From the NCBI GenBank assembly GCA_964516565.1, contig CAZEXA010000002.1:1556-65555 (forward strand): DNA of 64,000 bases, given 5' to 3'. Below, piece after piece: positions 41,955 through 51,578 of this stretch (its first letter is position 1; every line of letters starts with the position of its first letter). The translations under genes and the position numbers were made by a program. The notes under the pieces are model-generated. The model was not told where the DNA came from. It worked only from the letters and a program-made list of their open reading frames with translations, and did not search any database. This DNA comes from an uncultured Eubacteriales bacterium (GTDB lineage Bacteria > Bacillota > Clostridia > Oscillospirales > Acutalibacteraceae).

Positions 41955-43018
41955 AAACGCTCTCCATATTGGTAGGCGGCAAAGCAGCTGCCTTCGGAGG
42001 ACACCATGCAGGGTCCCGCGGGACTATCCGGCGTACAGGTCTTTTTGAACCGCCGGCACTGTTCGGGTGATGCCTCACCCCTTAAAATTGCCGCACACAG
42101 GCAGCCTTCCGGCTCGACCTCTTCCGTTTTGGGTACGTAAAACCGCTTCATTGCGTCAAAATCCTCATACCGCCGGGCGATGCTCAGTCCGCTTCCCATG
42201 ATTTCCCCGAGCCCTCGCCACAAAGCCGTATCCGGCTCAAAAACGCAGTTCATCAGTTCCTGCGCATACCGATTCCCCAGCTCGGTCACCGCACGGGGAT
42301 ACATGTTAACGCACGCGATTTCGCCGCTTTTGACCATTCCGACGAGCTTTGCCGTCGCGCCGAGGATGTCAAGCGTAGTAAATCCCGCGACAGCCGCCGG
42401 TAAGGCAAGTTCCTCCGCGACAAACCGGAACGCCTTTGCGCCGGTAATCGCGGCGACATGACCCGGACACAACAGCGCGTGGATGCGGGTCTGCCCCTTC
42501 AGAAGTGTACGGAGCGCCTCGGGCATGGTCTTGTGGGCGCACAGCACGCTCAGATTCCTGACGCCTTGCCGCTCTGCCGCTTCAATGAGCGCGGCGGTGT
42601 GCGGCGCGGTCGTTTCAAAACCGATTCCGAACCAGACGACTTGCCTGTCCGGGTTTTCGAGGGCTATCGTGAGCGCATCCATCGGCGAAACGAGCACGCG
42701 GATATCCCGTCCCCGCTCAAGAAGCGTGCTGAGGCTGGTTTTTTTGCAGGGTACGCGCAGCATATCGCCGAAGCTTGTGAAAATAACGCCGTCCCGGTCG
42801 GCAATCGACAGCGCGGCCTTGATTGTCGAAGCGGGTGTCACGCAGACCGGACAGCCCGGCCCGGAAACAAGCCGGATATTCTCAGGCAGCGCCGCGGGAA
42901 TGCCGAAACGCCGGATATGGTTCGTATGCGTACCGCATACCTCCATAATACGGATGGTGCCGAGCGGCGCGGCGAGTTCCCGTATACCCTTAAGAATAGA
43001 TTGCGTATCGGTGTTCAT
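41942..43018 (-). CDS. hypD: Hydrogenase maturation protein HypD
   Basis: 358 aa. Motifs include MEVCGTHT, GPGCPVCV and FETTAP. Confidence 0.9.
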   Translation of the reverse strand: MNTDTQSILKGIRELAAPLGTIRIMEVCGTHTNHIRRFGIPAALPENIRLVSGPGCPVCVTPASTIKAALSIADRDGVIFTSFGDMLRVPCKKTSLSTLLERGRDIRVLVSPMDALTIALENPDRQVVWFGIGFETTAPHTAALIEAAERQGVRNLSVLCAHKTMPEALRTLLKGQTRIHALLCPGHVAAITGAKAFRFVAEELALPAAVAGFTTLDILGATAKLVGMVKSGEIACVNMYPRAVTELGNRYAQELMNCVFEPDTALWRGLGEIMGSGLSIARRYEDFDAMKRFYVPKTEEVEPEGCLCAAILRGEASPEQCRRFKKTCTPDSPAGPCMVSSEGSCFAAYQYGERLWTM

Positions 43019-43239
43019 ACAGCCGTTTCCCGCAAGGTTTCCTCAATAAGCTTTTGGAGCTCCGCCCCGTCGTCATCACTGAGCTTTTGGATGATAAAGC
43101 CCGCGTGAACAAGCACCGTGTCGCCGACTCCGGCTTCGGGAAACAGACGAAGACCGGCGCTTCTCAAAACGCCGCCGTAATCGACGAGCGCTTGATCGCC
43201 CTGAATCTCTTTAATCACGCCCGGAATAGCCAAACACAT
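43015..43239 (-). CDS. hypC: Hydrogenase assembly chaperone HypC/HupF family
   Basis: Start trimmed to MCLAIPGVIKEI (ATG 43239, SD GAGGTG). It is 74 aa with the invariant N-terminal Cys2. The track ORF's 47-codon extension overlaps hypF. Confidence 0.85.
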   Translation of the reverse strand: MCLAIPGVIKEIQGDQALVDYGGVLRSAGLRLFPEAGVGDTVLVHAGFIIQKLSDDDGAELQKLIEETLRETAV

Positions 43240-43243
43240 ACTG

Positions 43244-45508
43244 TCACCTCGTTCTGTATGACGCCGCGGCGGCCTGACCGAAGGAAATACCGCCGTCGTT
43301 GCAGGGGACTTTCTCATTTGTATATACGGTAAACCCGTGACCCGAGAGGCTTTTAAAAGCCTCGCCGAGAAGGATTTCATTTTGAAAGACGCCGCCGGAT
43401 AGGGTGACCGTTTTACAGCCGGTACTATTTTCGAAACGAAGCGCCGCCTCGGTTATCAAAGAAACAACCGCGCTGTGAAATCGACGGGAGATAACACCCG
43501 CGCCGATACCCGCTTGTCTGTCCATAAACGCCTCGGCGATAACCGGCCGCCAGTCGAACAGCGTCTGCCCGTCCTGCTCCGAAATTCCGAAATGGTAGGA
43601 ACCTTTCTCCGCAAAATCAAGCTGCCGCATAAGCTCGACAGCCGCCTGACCCTCGTAGCGCGCTTTCGTGCAAACCCCGGCAATTGCCGACACCGCGTCA
43701 AACAGCCGTCCCATTGAGGAGGTCATCGGGGCGTTCAGCCCCGTTTCCCCCGCCTTGAGCAGAATCGGTGCCCAGTCGCCCTCAAACAGCGACAGCGCGG
43801 CGTCTTTTCCCAGCGCGGCGTTAACCGTCGCCAGAGCACAGCGTTTCGGTTCTCTGACGGCTCCGTCGCCGCCTAAGAGCGGGAAATACAGGTTGTGCCC
43901 AAGCCTTTGGCTTTTCTCTACGCCGCCGAACAGCGCTTCGCCGCCCCAGATACAAGTATCTTCACCATAACCCGCACCGTCAAACGAAAACCCGATAGCC
44001 TGAGCTTTAAGCCTATGCTCGGCAAGCACAGAGGCAAAGTGCGCGTGGTGGTGCTGAATTCTTTGCAACGGCCGCCCCTCGCTCATACGCTCCATGATTC
44101 CCGCGGAAACGTAATCGGGGTGCAAATCGCAGACGAAAGTGTCGGGAACCGCGTCAAACAAACCCAGAAACGCCTTGAGCTCGCTCTCGTAACTTTGTAC
44201 CGTGTCCTCGTCGTCAAGGTCGCCGATATGACCGCTTAAAAAAGCGTTCTCACCCTTTGTCAGACAAAACGTGTTTTTCTGCTGTGCGCCGCCTGCTAAA
44301 ATCACTTGGCGGCAGCCCGAAAGGAACAGCGGTTCGGGGGCGTACCCGCGCGCGCGGCGAAGCAGCCGCATTCTACCTTGAGAGACAATCCCCACGCTGT
44401 CATCGACACGCCGTACAATGCGCCTGTCATGCGTCAGCATAGCATCGGCAACACGGGAAAGCTTTTTTATAGCCTCCTCGTCTTTATAGACCATCGGATT
44501 GTCAGACAGATTGCCGCTCGTCATCACAAGACTGACTGAGTCTTTTGCCCCGCGCCCGTCAAATGCGCTGAGCAGTAAAGCGTGCAGCGGCGTGTACGGA
44601 AGCATAACGCCGAGCCGGGAATCCCCTGCCGTTACCGAATAGGCAATGCCGCTGTCCTCTCTTTTTTTCAAAAGAATAATCGGCTTCTGAGGCGACAGAA
44701 GCGCTTCCTCCTCGTCCGAATTGACCATGCAATGCCGTTTCACTTCGTTAAGATTACGCATCATAACCGCCAGCGGCTTTTCGTAACGCAGCTTTTTTTC
44801 GCGCAGTCTCTGTACAGCCGCTTCATTTTCGGCGTCGCAAGCCAAATGATAGCCTCCGAGCCCCTTGACCGCCACAATCCGCCCTTTGAGGATTTCCTCC
44901 GTAAACAGCTGCAGCGGATCGCCGGGGACTGATTGCCCGTCCCGGATAAAGGAGAGCCTCGGTCCGCAAGCAGGACAGGCATCCGGTTGGGCGTGAAAAC
45001 GCCGGTTCTTGGGATCGCCGTATTCTTCGCGGCAGTCCGCACACATGGCGAACGCGTTCATCGAGGTATTGGCTCGGTCATACGGTACCGACTCGATGAT
45101 AGAAAAACGCGGACCGCAGTTGGTACAGTTGGTAAACGCGTATCCGAAACGGCGGTCTGCTTTATCGGCGATTTCCGAAAGGCAGTCATCGCAGATGCCG
45201 ATGTCCGGAGAAATAAAGGTTTCGCAGAAGCCCTCTCCGCTCGGCAAAATCAAAAAGCCGCCGAACCCGGTCGGGGCTAAGTCCGAACAGCTAATATCCG
45301 TGATTCGCGCCATCGGCGGCGCCTCTGCTTTCAGCCTGTCGCAAAAGAGAGCGCAGCGCTCGGCGCTGCCCTCAATTTCAATCCATACGCCCTCGGGCGT
45401 ATTTCTGACAAATCCGCTGAGCGACAGAGAATCCGCCAGCCGATAAACAAACGGCCTGAAACCGACGCCCTGCACCGTTCCTCTGACCTTTATCCGCCAT
45501 CTGCGCAT
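43244..45508 (-). CDS. hypF: Carbamoyltransferase HypF
   Basis: 754 aa. It has an acylphosphatase-like N-terminus (VRGTVQGVGFRPFVYRLA), zinc fingers (CDDCLSE...CTNCGPRFSII; CADC...CPACGP), and YrdC-like and Kae1-like domains. Confidence 0.92.
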   Translation of the reverse strand: MRRWRIKVRGTVQGVGFRPFVYRLADSLSLSGFVRNTPEGVWIEIEGSAERCALFCDRLKAEAPPMARITDISCSDLAPTGFGGFLILPSGEGFCETFISPDIGICDDCLSEIADKADRRFGYAFTNCTNCGPRFSIIESVPYDRANTSMNAFAMCADCREEYGDPKNRRFHAQPDACPACGPRLSFIRDGQSVPGDPLQLFTEEILKGRIVAVKGLGGYHLACDAENEAAVQRLREKKLRYEKPLAVMMRNLNEVKRHCMVNSDEEEALLSPQKPIILLKKREDSGIAYSVTAGDSRLGVMLPYTPLHALLLSAFDGRGAKDSVSLVMTSGNLSDNPMVYKDEEAIKKLSRVADAMLTHDRRIVRRVDDSVGIVSQGRMRLLRRARGYAPEPLFLSGCRQVILAGGAQQKNTFCLTKGENAFLSGHIGDLDDEDTVQSYESELKAFLGLFDAVPDTFVCDLHPDYVSAGIMERMSEGRPLQRIQHHHAHFASVLAEHRLKAQAIGFSFDGAGYGEDTCIWGGEALFGGVEKSQRLGHNLYFPLLGGDGAVREPKRCALATVNAALGKDAALSLFEGDWAPILLKAGETGLNAPMTSSMGRLFDAVSAIAGVCTKARYEGQAAVELMRQLDFAEKGSYHFGISEQDGQTLFDWRPVIAEAFMDRQAGIGAGVISRRFHSAVVSLITEAALRFENSTGCKTVTLSGGVFQNEILLGEAFKSLSGHGFTVYTNEKVPCNDGGISFGQAAAASYRTR

Positions 45509-45529
45509 TGTATTCCCACCGCCGAATGA

Positions 45530-45558
45530 ATAGTAGTCTTTTATCTATAAAAAGTCAA
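45530..45558 (-). promoter_or_regulatory. Candidate sigma-A promoter for hypF and the hydrogenase operon
   Basis: On the minus strand: TTGACT (45558..45553), a 17-nt spacer, then TACTAT (45535..45530). SD GGTGGG precedes ATG 45508. Confidence 0.5.
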
Positions 45559-45596
45559 GTTGAATTTCGACAAAATCTAAAAATTTTATCAATTTT

Positions 45597-45633
45597 ATTT
45601 TCCGTTTTCATTTGCATGATTTTTCCGTTTTCA
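45597..45633. promoter_or_regulatory. Direct repeat ATTTT(T)CCGTTTTCA x2 in the divergent intergenic region
   Basis: The copies sit at 45597-45610 and 45619-45633, with starts 22 nt apart (about two helical turns). They lie between the hypF promoter and the DUF2229-like gene start. Confidence 0.4.
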
Positions 45634-45671
45634 GTCAAAAATAACCGTATCCTTTGACGGAGAGTGAGACC

Positions 45672-46562
45672 ATGAAAATCGGAATCGCGTGCGCGCTGTA
45701 CTACTACGAATACGGCGACCTGTGGCAGCACTTTTTTGAGACGCTCGGGCACGAGTGTATATTGTCGGAGGGCACCTTTACCGGCGCTTCGCGCTGCGGC
45801 GACGAAGCGTGTCTGCCGATCAAGGCCTACCACGCCTGCGCCGAAGAGCTGCTCGGAAAGGACATTGACTGCCTGTTTGCGCCGAAGATTATCAAATGCG
45901 TCCGCGACGGCTTCACCTGTCCGAAGGTCATCGGTGTCAATGCTATGCTCCGATCATCCCTAAAACCGTCAATAAAACTGATCTCCCCCGAATTTGACCG
46001 CGATTTCAATGCGTTTTTCGCCAAGACCGGACGACTTCTCGGAGACAGCCCCGAAAAGGTGTTGCGGGCAATAAACGAAACGCTGCGGTTTAAGAACTCA
46101 AAATTCGTCCGGTACGGTCTGCCGCCAAAGGAAAAAACGCTGTCGGTCTGTCTTCTCGGCCACAAATATCTGACCTGTGACAGCGGGCTCAACGCAGACA
46201 TCCGAAAGCGCTTCGATAAGCTCGGCATTCACACGATAACCGCCGAAAGCTTTGAGAATGAGCTGCTCTCACACTTTACCGACAAGACACAGCGGTTCGC
46301 ACCGTTCTGGATTACCGGCAGGCAGGCTGTGGGGCTTGCCGCTATGGCAGCCCTTGACCATGCGGTTGACGGTTATGTCTATCTGACCGCGTTCGGCTGC
46401 GGACCGGACTCCTTTATTGTGCCTTTGACAAAAAAATATATACGGGAAACGGATAATAAGCCGTTTTTGGTAATCACGCTGGACGGCCACACCGCCTCGG
46501 CGGGGCTTGATACCCGCCTTGAGGCGTTTGCCGATATGCTGGACCAGAAGGTACGCGTATGA
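45672..46562 (+). CDS. Acyl-CoA dehydratase activase-related protein (DUF2229-like), first of a pair
   Basis: Start trimmed to MKIGIACALYYYEYGDLWQHFFETLGHECILSE (ATG 45672, SD GGAGAGTGAG). Cys motifs are CGDEACLPIK, FTCPKV and FGCGPDSF. Confidence 0.65.
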   Translation: MKIGIACALYYYEYGDLWQHFFETLGHECILSEGTFTGASRCGDEACLPIKAYHACAEELLGKDIDCLFAPKIIKCVRDGFTCPKVIGVNAMLRSSLKPSIKLISPEFDRDFNAFFAKTGRLLGDSPEKVLRAINETLRFKNSKFVRYGLPPKEKTLSVCLLGHKYLTCDSGLNADIRKRFDKLGIHTITAESFENELLSHFTDKTQRFAPFWITGRQAVGLAAMAALDHAVDGYVYLTAFGCGPDSFIVPLTKKYIRETDNKPFLVITLDGHTASAGLDTRLEAFADMLDQKVRV

Positions 46563-47638
46563 TATTGACCTTCCCAAACCTTGGAAACATGTCCATCCTG
46601 CTCGCGGTGCTGCTGCGCGAGTGGGGTGTTCCGTTCATAAAGCCGCCCAAAACAACCGAAAAGACGATGATGCTCGGCAGCAAGTATGCTCCGGCGGATG
46701 TCTGTCTGCCTTTGAAACTGATTCTCGGCAGCTTTTTGGAGGCGCGCGAATACGGAGCGGATACGGCGGTATTCTTAGGCGGACACGGTCCCTGCCTGTT
46801 CGGCTGCTTCTCCGAAATGATTGACCTCGCCCTTTTAGAAGCAGGCATCAAAATGGATGTGCTGCGGATTGAAAAAAGTGCCGAGGGCGCGCGCGCGGCG
46901 CTTTCGTTCATAGAACGGCTCACCGGGAAAGCGGTAAAAGCGCTGCTCTCGCCGCTGCCCGCCGGGTACCGCGCCTGTATTTTGCTGGACAGTCTTGAGA
47001 ACAGGCTGACACTCGTGCGCGCGACAATTGACGATGAAAAAGCGCGCGAAGCGTTCAACCGGTTTGAAAACGGCGTCTATTACCTTTTAAATAACGCGCA
47101 AAGCTTTTATGAACTGTCGGCGCTGCTCGAAGCCGCCCTGAAAAAAGCGGAGGAATTCTACGGAAGCAGAATAGCGGTCTATTCGGTAGGAATTGTCGGG
47201 GACATCTATACAACCATAGACTCTAGCTCCAATTTTGGTTTGCAGAGGCAGCTGGCGGACAGAGGGGTATACAGCGAGCGATCCATGAGTTTAAGCCGGT
47301 ACTTCAGAAACAGAATACCACTCGTGGGCACAGACTGGAAATGGTATGCCCGTCCGTACATTCCGAAAGCAATTGGGGGTTTTGCACGGGAAACGGTGGG
47401 CTACGCGGCGATGTGGGCACGCTCTGCCGACGGAATCGTACAGATTCATCCGCTGAATTGCATGCCCGAAATCGTCGCCAAGAGTGTTCTGAACGATATC
47501 AGCGCCAAAAACAGCGTGCCGCTGCTGTCACTCGTACTCGACGAGCTGACCGGAAGCACCGGTTACACAACCCGATTAGAGGCATTCTGTGATGTACTGG
47601 AGGCGAAGCGCGGTGAAAAAATTCTACTTAGGTGCTGA
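46559..47638 (+). CDS. Acyl-CoA dehydratase activase-related protein (DUF2229-like), second of a pair
   Basis: 359 aa with an ATGA overlap. Motifs are APADVCLPLKLILGSF, GGHGPCLFGCF and IHPLNCMPE. Confidence 0.65.
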   Translation: MILTFPNLGNMSILLAVLLREWGVPFIKPPKTTEKTMMLGSKYAPADVCLPLKLILGSFLEAREYGADTAVFLGGHGPCLFGCFSEMIDLALLEAGIKMDVLRIEKSAEGARAALSFIERLTGKAVKALLSPLPAGYRACILLDSLENRLTLVRATIDDEKAREAFNRFENGVYYLLNNAQSFYELSALLEAALKKAEEFYGSRIAVYSVGIVGDIYTTIDSSSNFGLQRQLADRGVYSERSMSLSRYFRNRIPLVGTDWKWYARPYIPKAIGGFARETVGYAAMWARSADGIVQIHPLNCMPEIVAKSVLNDISAKNSVPLLSLVLDELTGSTGYTTRLEAFCDVLEAKRGEKILLRC

Positions 47639-48551
47639 TGTCGGCTCGGTGAGTACCAAGCTTGTTTTAATGGATGATGAGGACAACATTTTTAATAAGG
47701 TTTATCTGAAAACCGAAGGCTCTCCGATGAAAAGCCTGCAAAAAGGGTATGATTTGCTGCTCGGGGACGCCGGAGCTGTTACCATCAGCGGCGCGGGCGC
47801 GACCGGCAGCGGGCGGCATATTGCCGCCGCGATGCTTTCTGCCGACACTGTCAAGAATGAAATCACGGCGCACGGAACCGCGGCGCTGCGGACGGACAAT
47901 ACCGTGCGTACCGTTCTTGAAATCGGAGGGCAGGACTCCAAACTCATTTTTTTAAGGGACGGGATTATTTCCGATTTTAATATGAATACGGTCTGCGCCG
48001 CCGGAACGGGCTCCTTTCTCGACAGGCAGGCCAACCGTTTGGGTATCCCCGTTTCACAAATCGGCAGTCTTGCCGCCAAAGCCGAAAATCCCGTCCGTAT
48101 CGCCGGAAAATGTGCGGTATTCGCCGAGTCGGACATGATCCACCGCCAGCAGGAGGGATGTAAGACCGAGGATATTCTCGCCGGACTCTGCGACGCGCTG
48201 GTGCGCGGGTACCTCAATAACCTTGCCGGCGGCAAAAGGATAGAGGAACCCATTCTGTTTCAGGGCGGCGTAGCTGCCAATACCGGTATTCAAAGCGCCT
48301 TCGAGCGCGCGCTGGGCGTTCCCGTCACGGTACCCGAGTATTTTGACGTCATGGGAGCCTGGGGTGCTGCCATCCTTGCTAAGCGCACCGTGGAGCGCAG
48401 CGGCAAAACGATTTTCCGCGGTCTTGACGCCACCCGCGACTGCTGGGAGATGACCAGTGCTCCCTGTATGGGGTGCGCCAACTGTTGCACCATCGTTTCG
48501 ATGAGAAACAACGGACAGCTCACCGCCAAATGGGGCGGACGATGTTCGTAG
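47613..48551 (+). CDS. BcrAD/BadFG-family ATPase (CoA-substrate-specific enzyme activase, HgdC-like)
   Basis: Motifs YLGADVGSVSTK, EITAHG, EIGGQDSK, NTVCAAGTGSFLD, CAVFAESD, and FQGGVAAN. The preferred start is GTG 47613, with SD GGAGG 9 nt upstream. Alternatives are GTG 47589 and ATG 47592. Confidence 0.8.
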   Translation: MKKFYLGADVGSVSTKLVLMDDEDNIFNKVYLKTEGSPMKSLQKGYDLLLGDAGAVTISGAGATGSGRHIAAAMLSADTVKNEITAHGTAALRTDNTVRTVLEIGGQDSKLIFLRDGIISDFNMNTVCAAGTGSFLDRQANRLGIPVSQIGSLAAKAENPVRIAGKCAVFAESDMIHRQQEGCKTEDILAGLCDALVRGYLNNLAGGKRIEEPILFQGGVAANTGIQSAFERALGVPVTVPEYFDVMGAWGAAILAKRTVERSGKTIFRGLDATRDCWEMTSAPCMGCANCCTIVSMRNNGQLTAKWGGRCS

Positions 48552-48590
48552 CCCGTCCATAAAAAAATAAAAATTTCAAGAAAATTTGTA

Positions 48591-48619
48591 TTGACTTGTC
48601 CGCTTGTTTATGATAAAGT
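48591..48619 (+). promoter_or_regulatory. Candidate sigma-A promoter for the pyr operon
   Basis: TTGACT (48591-48596), a 17-nt spacer ending in TGa, then TAAAGT (48614-48619). The track ORF's TTG start is this -35 box. Confidence 0.5.
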
Positions 48620-48647
48620 ACCCCTTAAGGGTAAGGGGGTTGTCGGA

Positions 48648-49928
48648 GTGAAATATGTGTTAAAGAACGCATCTGTTTTGCTGGATCAGTCTTTTTCACA
48701 ATCCGATTTGCTCATTGAGGGAGGCGTCCTCGCCGATATTTCTCCCAACATTCCCGAAAGCAGTGCCGATGCCGTTTTTAATTTGAATAATTGTTTTATT
48801 TTTCCCGGTCTTTCAGACGTTCACGTTCATCTGAGAGAGCCGGGATTTTCTTATAAAGAAACGATTGAAACCGGAACGCTCGCCGCCGCACGCGGCGGGT
48901 TTACGACCGTCTGTGCCATGCCGAACCTCTCTCCCGTTCCCGACTGTATGGGGAATCTGAAGGTCGAGCTTGAACGCATTGAAAAAACCGCGCATATCAG
49001 GGTCATGCCCTACGGCGCCATCACCGTCGGTCAGAACGGACAAGCTCTCGCGGCTATGGAGGAGCTGTTCCCCTATGTCGCCGGGTTTTCCGACGACGGG
49101 CACGGCGTCGCCGACGAGGCGCTCATGATAAAAGCCATGAAAACCGCCGCACGGCTGTGCACGGCGATTGTGTCGCACTGCGAGGACATTTCGCTGGTAA
49201 ACGGAGGCTATATCCATGACGGCATCTATGCGCACGCGCACGGACATGCGGGTATTTCGTCCGAAAGCGAGTGGCGTGCCATAAAGCGGGACTTGACGCT
49301 GCTGAAAAAGGCGGACTGCGTCTATCATATCTGCCACGTTTCAACGAAAGAGAGCGTCGCGTTGATTCGGCAGGCGAAACGAGAGGGCTTAAACGTCACC
49401 GCCGAAACAGCGCCGCACTATCTGCTGCTTGATGAGAACGACTTACAGGAGGACGGCCGCTTCAAAATGAATCCGCCCCTGCGTGCGGCGGCAGACCGCG
49501 AGGCGCTCCTTGAAGGCATAAAGGACGGCACCATCGACATGATCGCCACCGACCACGCCCCGCACGCCGCCGACGAAAAATTACGGGGACTGAAAGACAG
49601 CATCATGGGCGTCGTAGGACTGGAAACCTCGTTTGCCCTCTGCTATACGGGTCTTGTCAAAACAGGAATACTGACGCTTTTAGAGCTCATCAGGCTGATG
49701 CATGACAACCCCAACAAACGGTTCGGCATCGGCTCTGAACTGAAAATCGGCGGCCGCGCCGACCTGTGCGTGTTTGATCTCGGCGAGGAATATATCATAA
49801 ACAGCGCCGACTTTCTCTCGATGGGCAAAAGTACGCCGTTTCTCGGAAAAAAGGTGTACGGCCGCTGTAAAATGACGATGTATGACGGAAAACCGGTCTG
49901 GACGGAAATAAGGGAAAGGGGACGGTAA
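48648..49928 (+). CDS. pyrC: Dihydroorotase
   Basis: Start trimmed to GTG 48648 (VKYVLKNASVLL, SD AAGGGGG). Motifs PGLSDVHVHLREPG and ATDHAPH. Confidence 0.88.
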   Translation: MKYVLKNASVLLDQSFSQSDLLIEGGVLADISPNIPESSADAVFNLNNCFIFPGLSDVHVHLREPGFSYKETIETGTLAAARGGFTTVCAMPNLSPVPDCMGNLKVELERIEKTAHIRVMPYGAITVGQNGQALAAMEELFPYVAGFSDDGHGVADEALMIKAMKTAARLCTAIVSHCEDISLVNGGYIHDGIYAHAHGHAGISSESEWRAIKRDLTLLKKADCVYHICHVSTKESVALIRQAKREGLNVTAETAPHYLLLDENDLQEDGRFKMNPPLRAAADREALLEGIKDGTIDMIATDHAPHAADEKLRGLKDSIMGVVGLETSFALCYTGLVKTGILTLLELIRLMHDNPNKRFGIGSELKIGGRADLCVFDLGEEYIINSADFLSMGKSTPFLGKKVYGRCKMTMYDGKPVWTEIRERGR

Positions 49929-49932
49929 AACG

Positions 49933-50667
49933 ATGACCAAAGGGATTTACAACATCCTTTACAACAAAAAAATTGCCCGCGATATTTATGAAATGCGCTT
50001 GCTCGGCGACACACACGCGCTGACGCGCCCGGGGCAATTCGTTAATATTGAGGTGCGCGGCTTGTATTTGAGGCGGCCGATTTCGGTCTGCGACTATGAC
50101 CTAAACGGCGTCAACATTATCTACAAGGTCGTCGGCAAGGGCACCGAGTACTTAGCCTCCCTGCGCCCGCATGAAAAGCTCGACGTTCTTGTCGGGTTGG
50201 GCAACGGTTATGATACCGCCCACAGCGGAGACTCTCCGCTGCTCATCGGCGGAGGCGTCGGCGTACCGCCGCTTTACGGACTTGTCAAAAAGCTTGTCGG
50301 CGAGGGAAAAACCGTCAAGGCTATCCTCGGCTTCGGCTGCGCCGCCGAAATATTCTATGAAGAGGAATTCGCCGCTCTCGGCGTGAAGGTGGCGCTGACG
50401 ACCGCCGACGGCTCGAAAGGAATAAAGGGCTACGTCACCGACGCACTCGGCAAAATCGGTACATACAGCTATTTTTATACCTGCGGTCCCGAACAGATGC
50501 TGAAGGCCGTCGCGGCGGCATGTCCGACAGAGGGACAGCTCAGCTTCGAGGGGCGCATGGGCTGCGGCTTCGGTGCCTGCATGGGCTGCAGCTGTGAAAC
50601 AAAATACGGCAGCAAGCGGATATGCCGCGACGGTCCCGTCCTGACCAAGGAGGAGATTATATGGTAA
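49933..50667 (+). CDS. pyrK: Dihydroorotate dehydrogenase B electron-transfer subunit
   Basis: 244 aa. An FAD/NAD-binding fold is followed by the C-terminal 2Fe-2S motif CGFGACMGCSC...C. Confidence 0.88.
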   Translation: MTKGIYNILYNKKIARDIYEMRLLGDTHALTRPGQFVNIEVRGLYLRRPISVCDYDLNGVNIIYKVVGKGTEYLASLRPHEKLDVLVGLGNGYDTAHSGDSPLLIGGGVGVPPLYGLVKKLVGEGKTVKAILGFGCAAEIFYEEEFAALGVKVALTTADGSKGIKGYVTDALGKIGTYSYFYTCGPEQMLKAVAAACPTEGQLSFEGRMGCGFGACMGCSCETKYGSKRICRDGPVLTKEEIIW

Positions 50668-51578
50668 ACACAACGGTCACGTTATGCGGTCTGAAAATGG
50701 ACAATCCCGTCGTCCCCGCCAGCGGTACGTTCGGCTTCGGTTATGAGTTTTCCGAGCTATATGATATCAACATCCTCGGCTCCATTACCTTAAAGGGCAC
50801 CACCCGAAAAGCGCGCTTCGGCAACCCGACACCTCGAATCGCCGAATGCACCGAGGGAATCATCAATTCCGTCGGCCTGCAGAATCCCGGTATCGACAAG
50901 GTGATTTCCGAGGAACTTCCGAAGCTCGCCGCCTGTTACAAAAAGCCGGTTATCGCCAACATCAGCGGCTTTTCGCTTGAGGAATACGTCTATTGCTGCG
51001 AGCGCATTGGCAAGGAGGAGCAGGTAGGCATTATCGAGGTCAACATCAGCTGTCCGAATATCCACGGCGGCGGCATGAGCTTCGGCGTCAGTGAGGCGAG
51101 TGCCTTTGAAATCACAAACGCCGTCAAAAAGGTTACGACAAAGCCGGTCGTCATCAAGCTCAGCCCGAACGTCACCGATATTGCCGCCATCGCTAAGGCC
51201 TGCGAAGCCGGCGGAGCGGACGGTATCAGCCTGATTAACACGCTGCTGGGCATGAAAATCGACTTAAAGTCTAAAAGACCCGTTATCGCCAACAAGATGG
51301 GCGGTTTTTCCGGCCCGGCCATTCTGCCGGTCGCGGTACGCATGGTTTATCAGGTATACGAGGCGGTCAAAATCCCGATCATCGGGATGGGCGGCGTCAA
51401 AAACGCCGAAAACGTGATTGAAATGATGCTGGCGGGAGCGACGGCGGTCAGCGTCGGGGCGCAGAATCTTGTTGATCCTTTCGCCTCTAAGGAGATTGTT
51501 GAAACATTGCCCGCCGTCATGGAGAAATACGGCATAGAAAAATTAACCGACATAATAGGAGGAGCACATTGTGGGTAA
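50661..51578 (+). CDS. pyrD: Dihydroorotate dehydrogenase B catalytic subunit
   Basis: Start trimmed to [27 protein letters not shown] (ATG 50661, SD GGAGGAG). Motifs NSVGLQNPG and GGFSGPAI. Confidence 0.9.
   Translation: MVNTTVTLCGLKMDNPVVPASGTFGFGYEFSELYDINILGSITLKGTTRKARFGNPTPRIAECTEGIINSVGLQNPGIDKVISEELPKLAACYKKPVIANISGFSLEEYVYCCERIGKEEQVGIIEVNISCPNIHGGGMSFGVSEASAFEITNAVKKVTTKPVVIKLSPNVTDIAAIAKACEAGGADGISLINTLLGMKIDLKSKRPVIANKMGGFSGPAILPVAVRMVYQVYEAVKIPIIGMGGVKNAENVIEMMLAGATAVSVGAQNLVDPFASKEIVETLPAVMEKYGIEKLTDIIGGAHCG

Noticed and set aside
42458-43108. + strand ORFs of 216 and 188 aa over hypD/hypC.
   Set aside because: They are shadow ORFs antisense to the motif-supported hypD.
45597-45633. 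Whether the repeats, read on the minus strand as TGAAAACGGAAAA, could be CcpA cre sites.
   Set aside because: Only the left half (TGAAAACG) fits WTGNAANCGNWNNCW. The right half lacks the required C and the palindromic symmetry.
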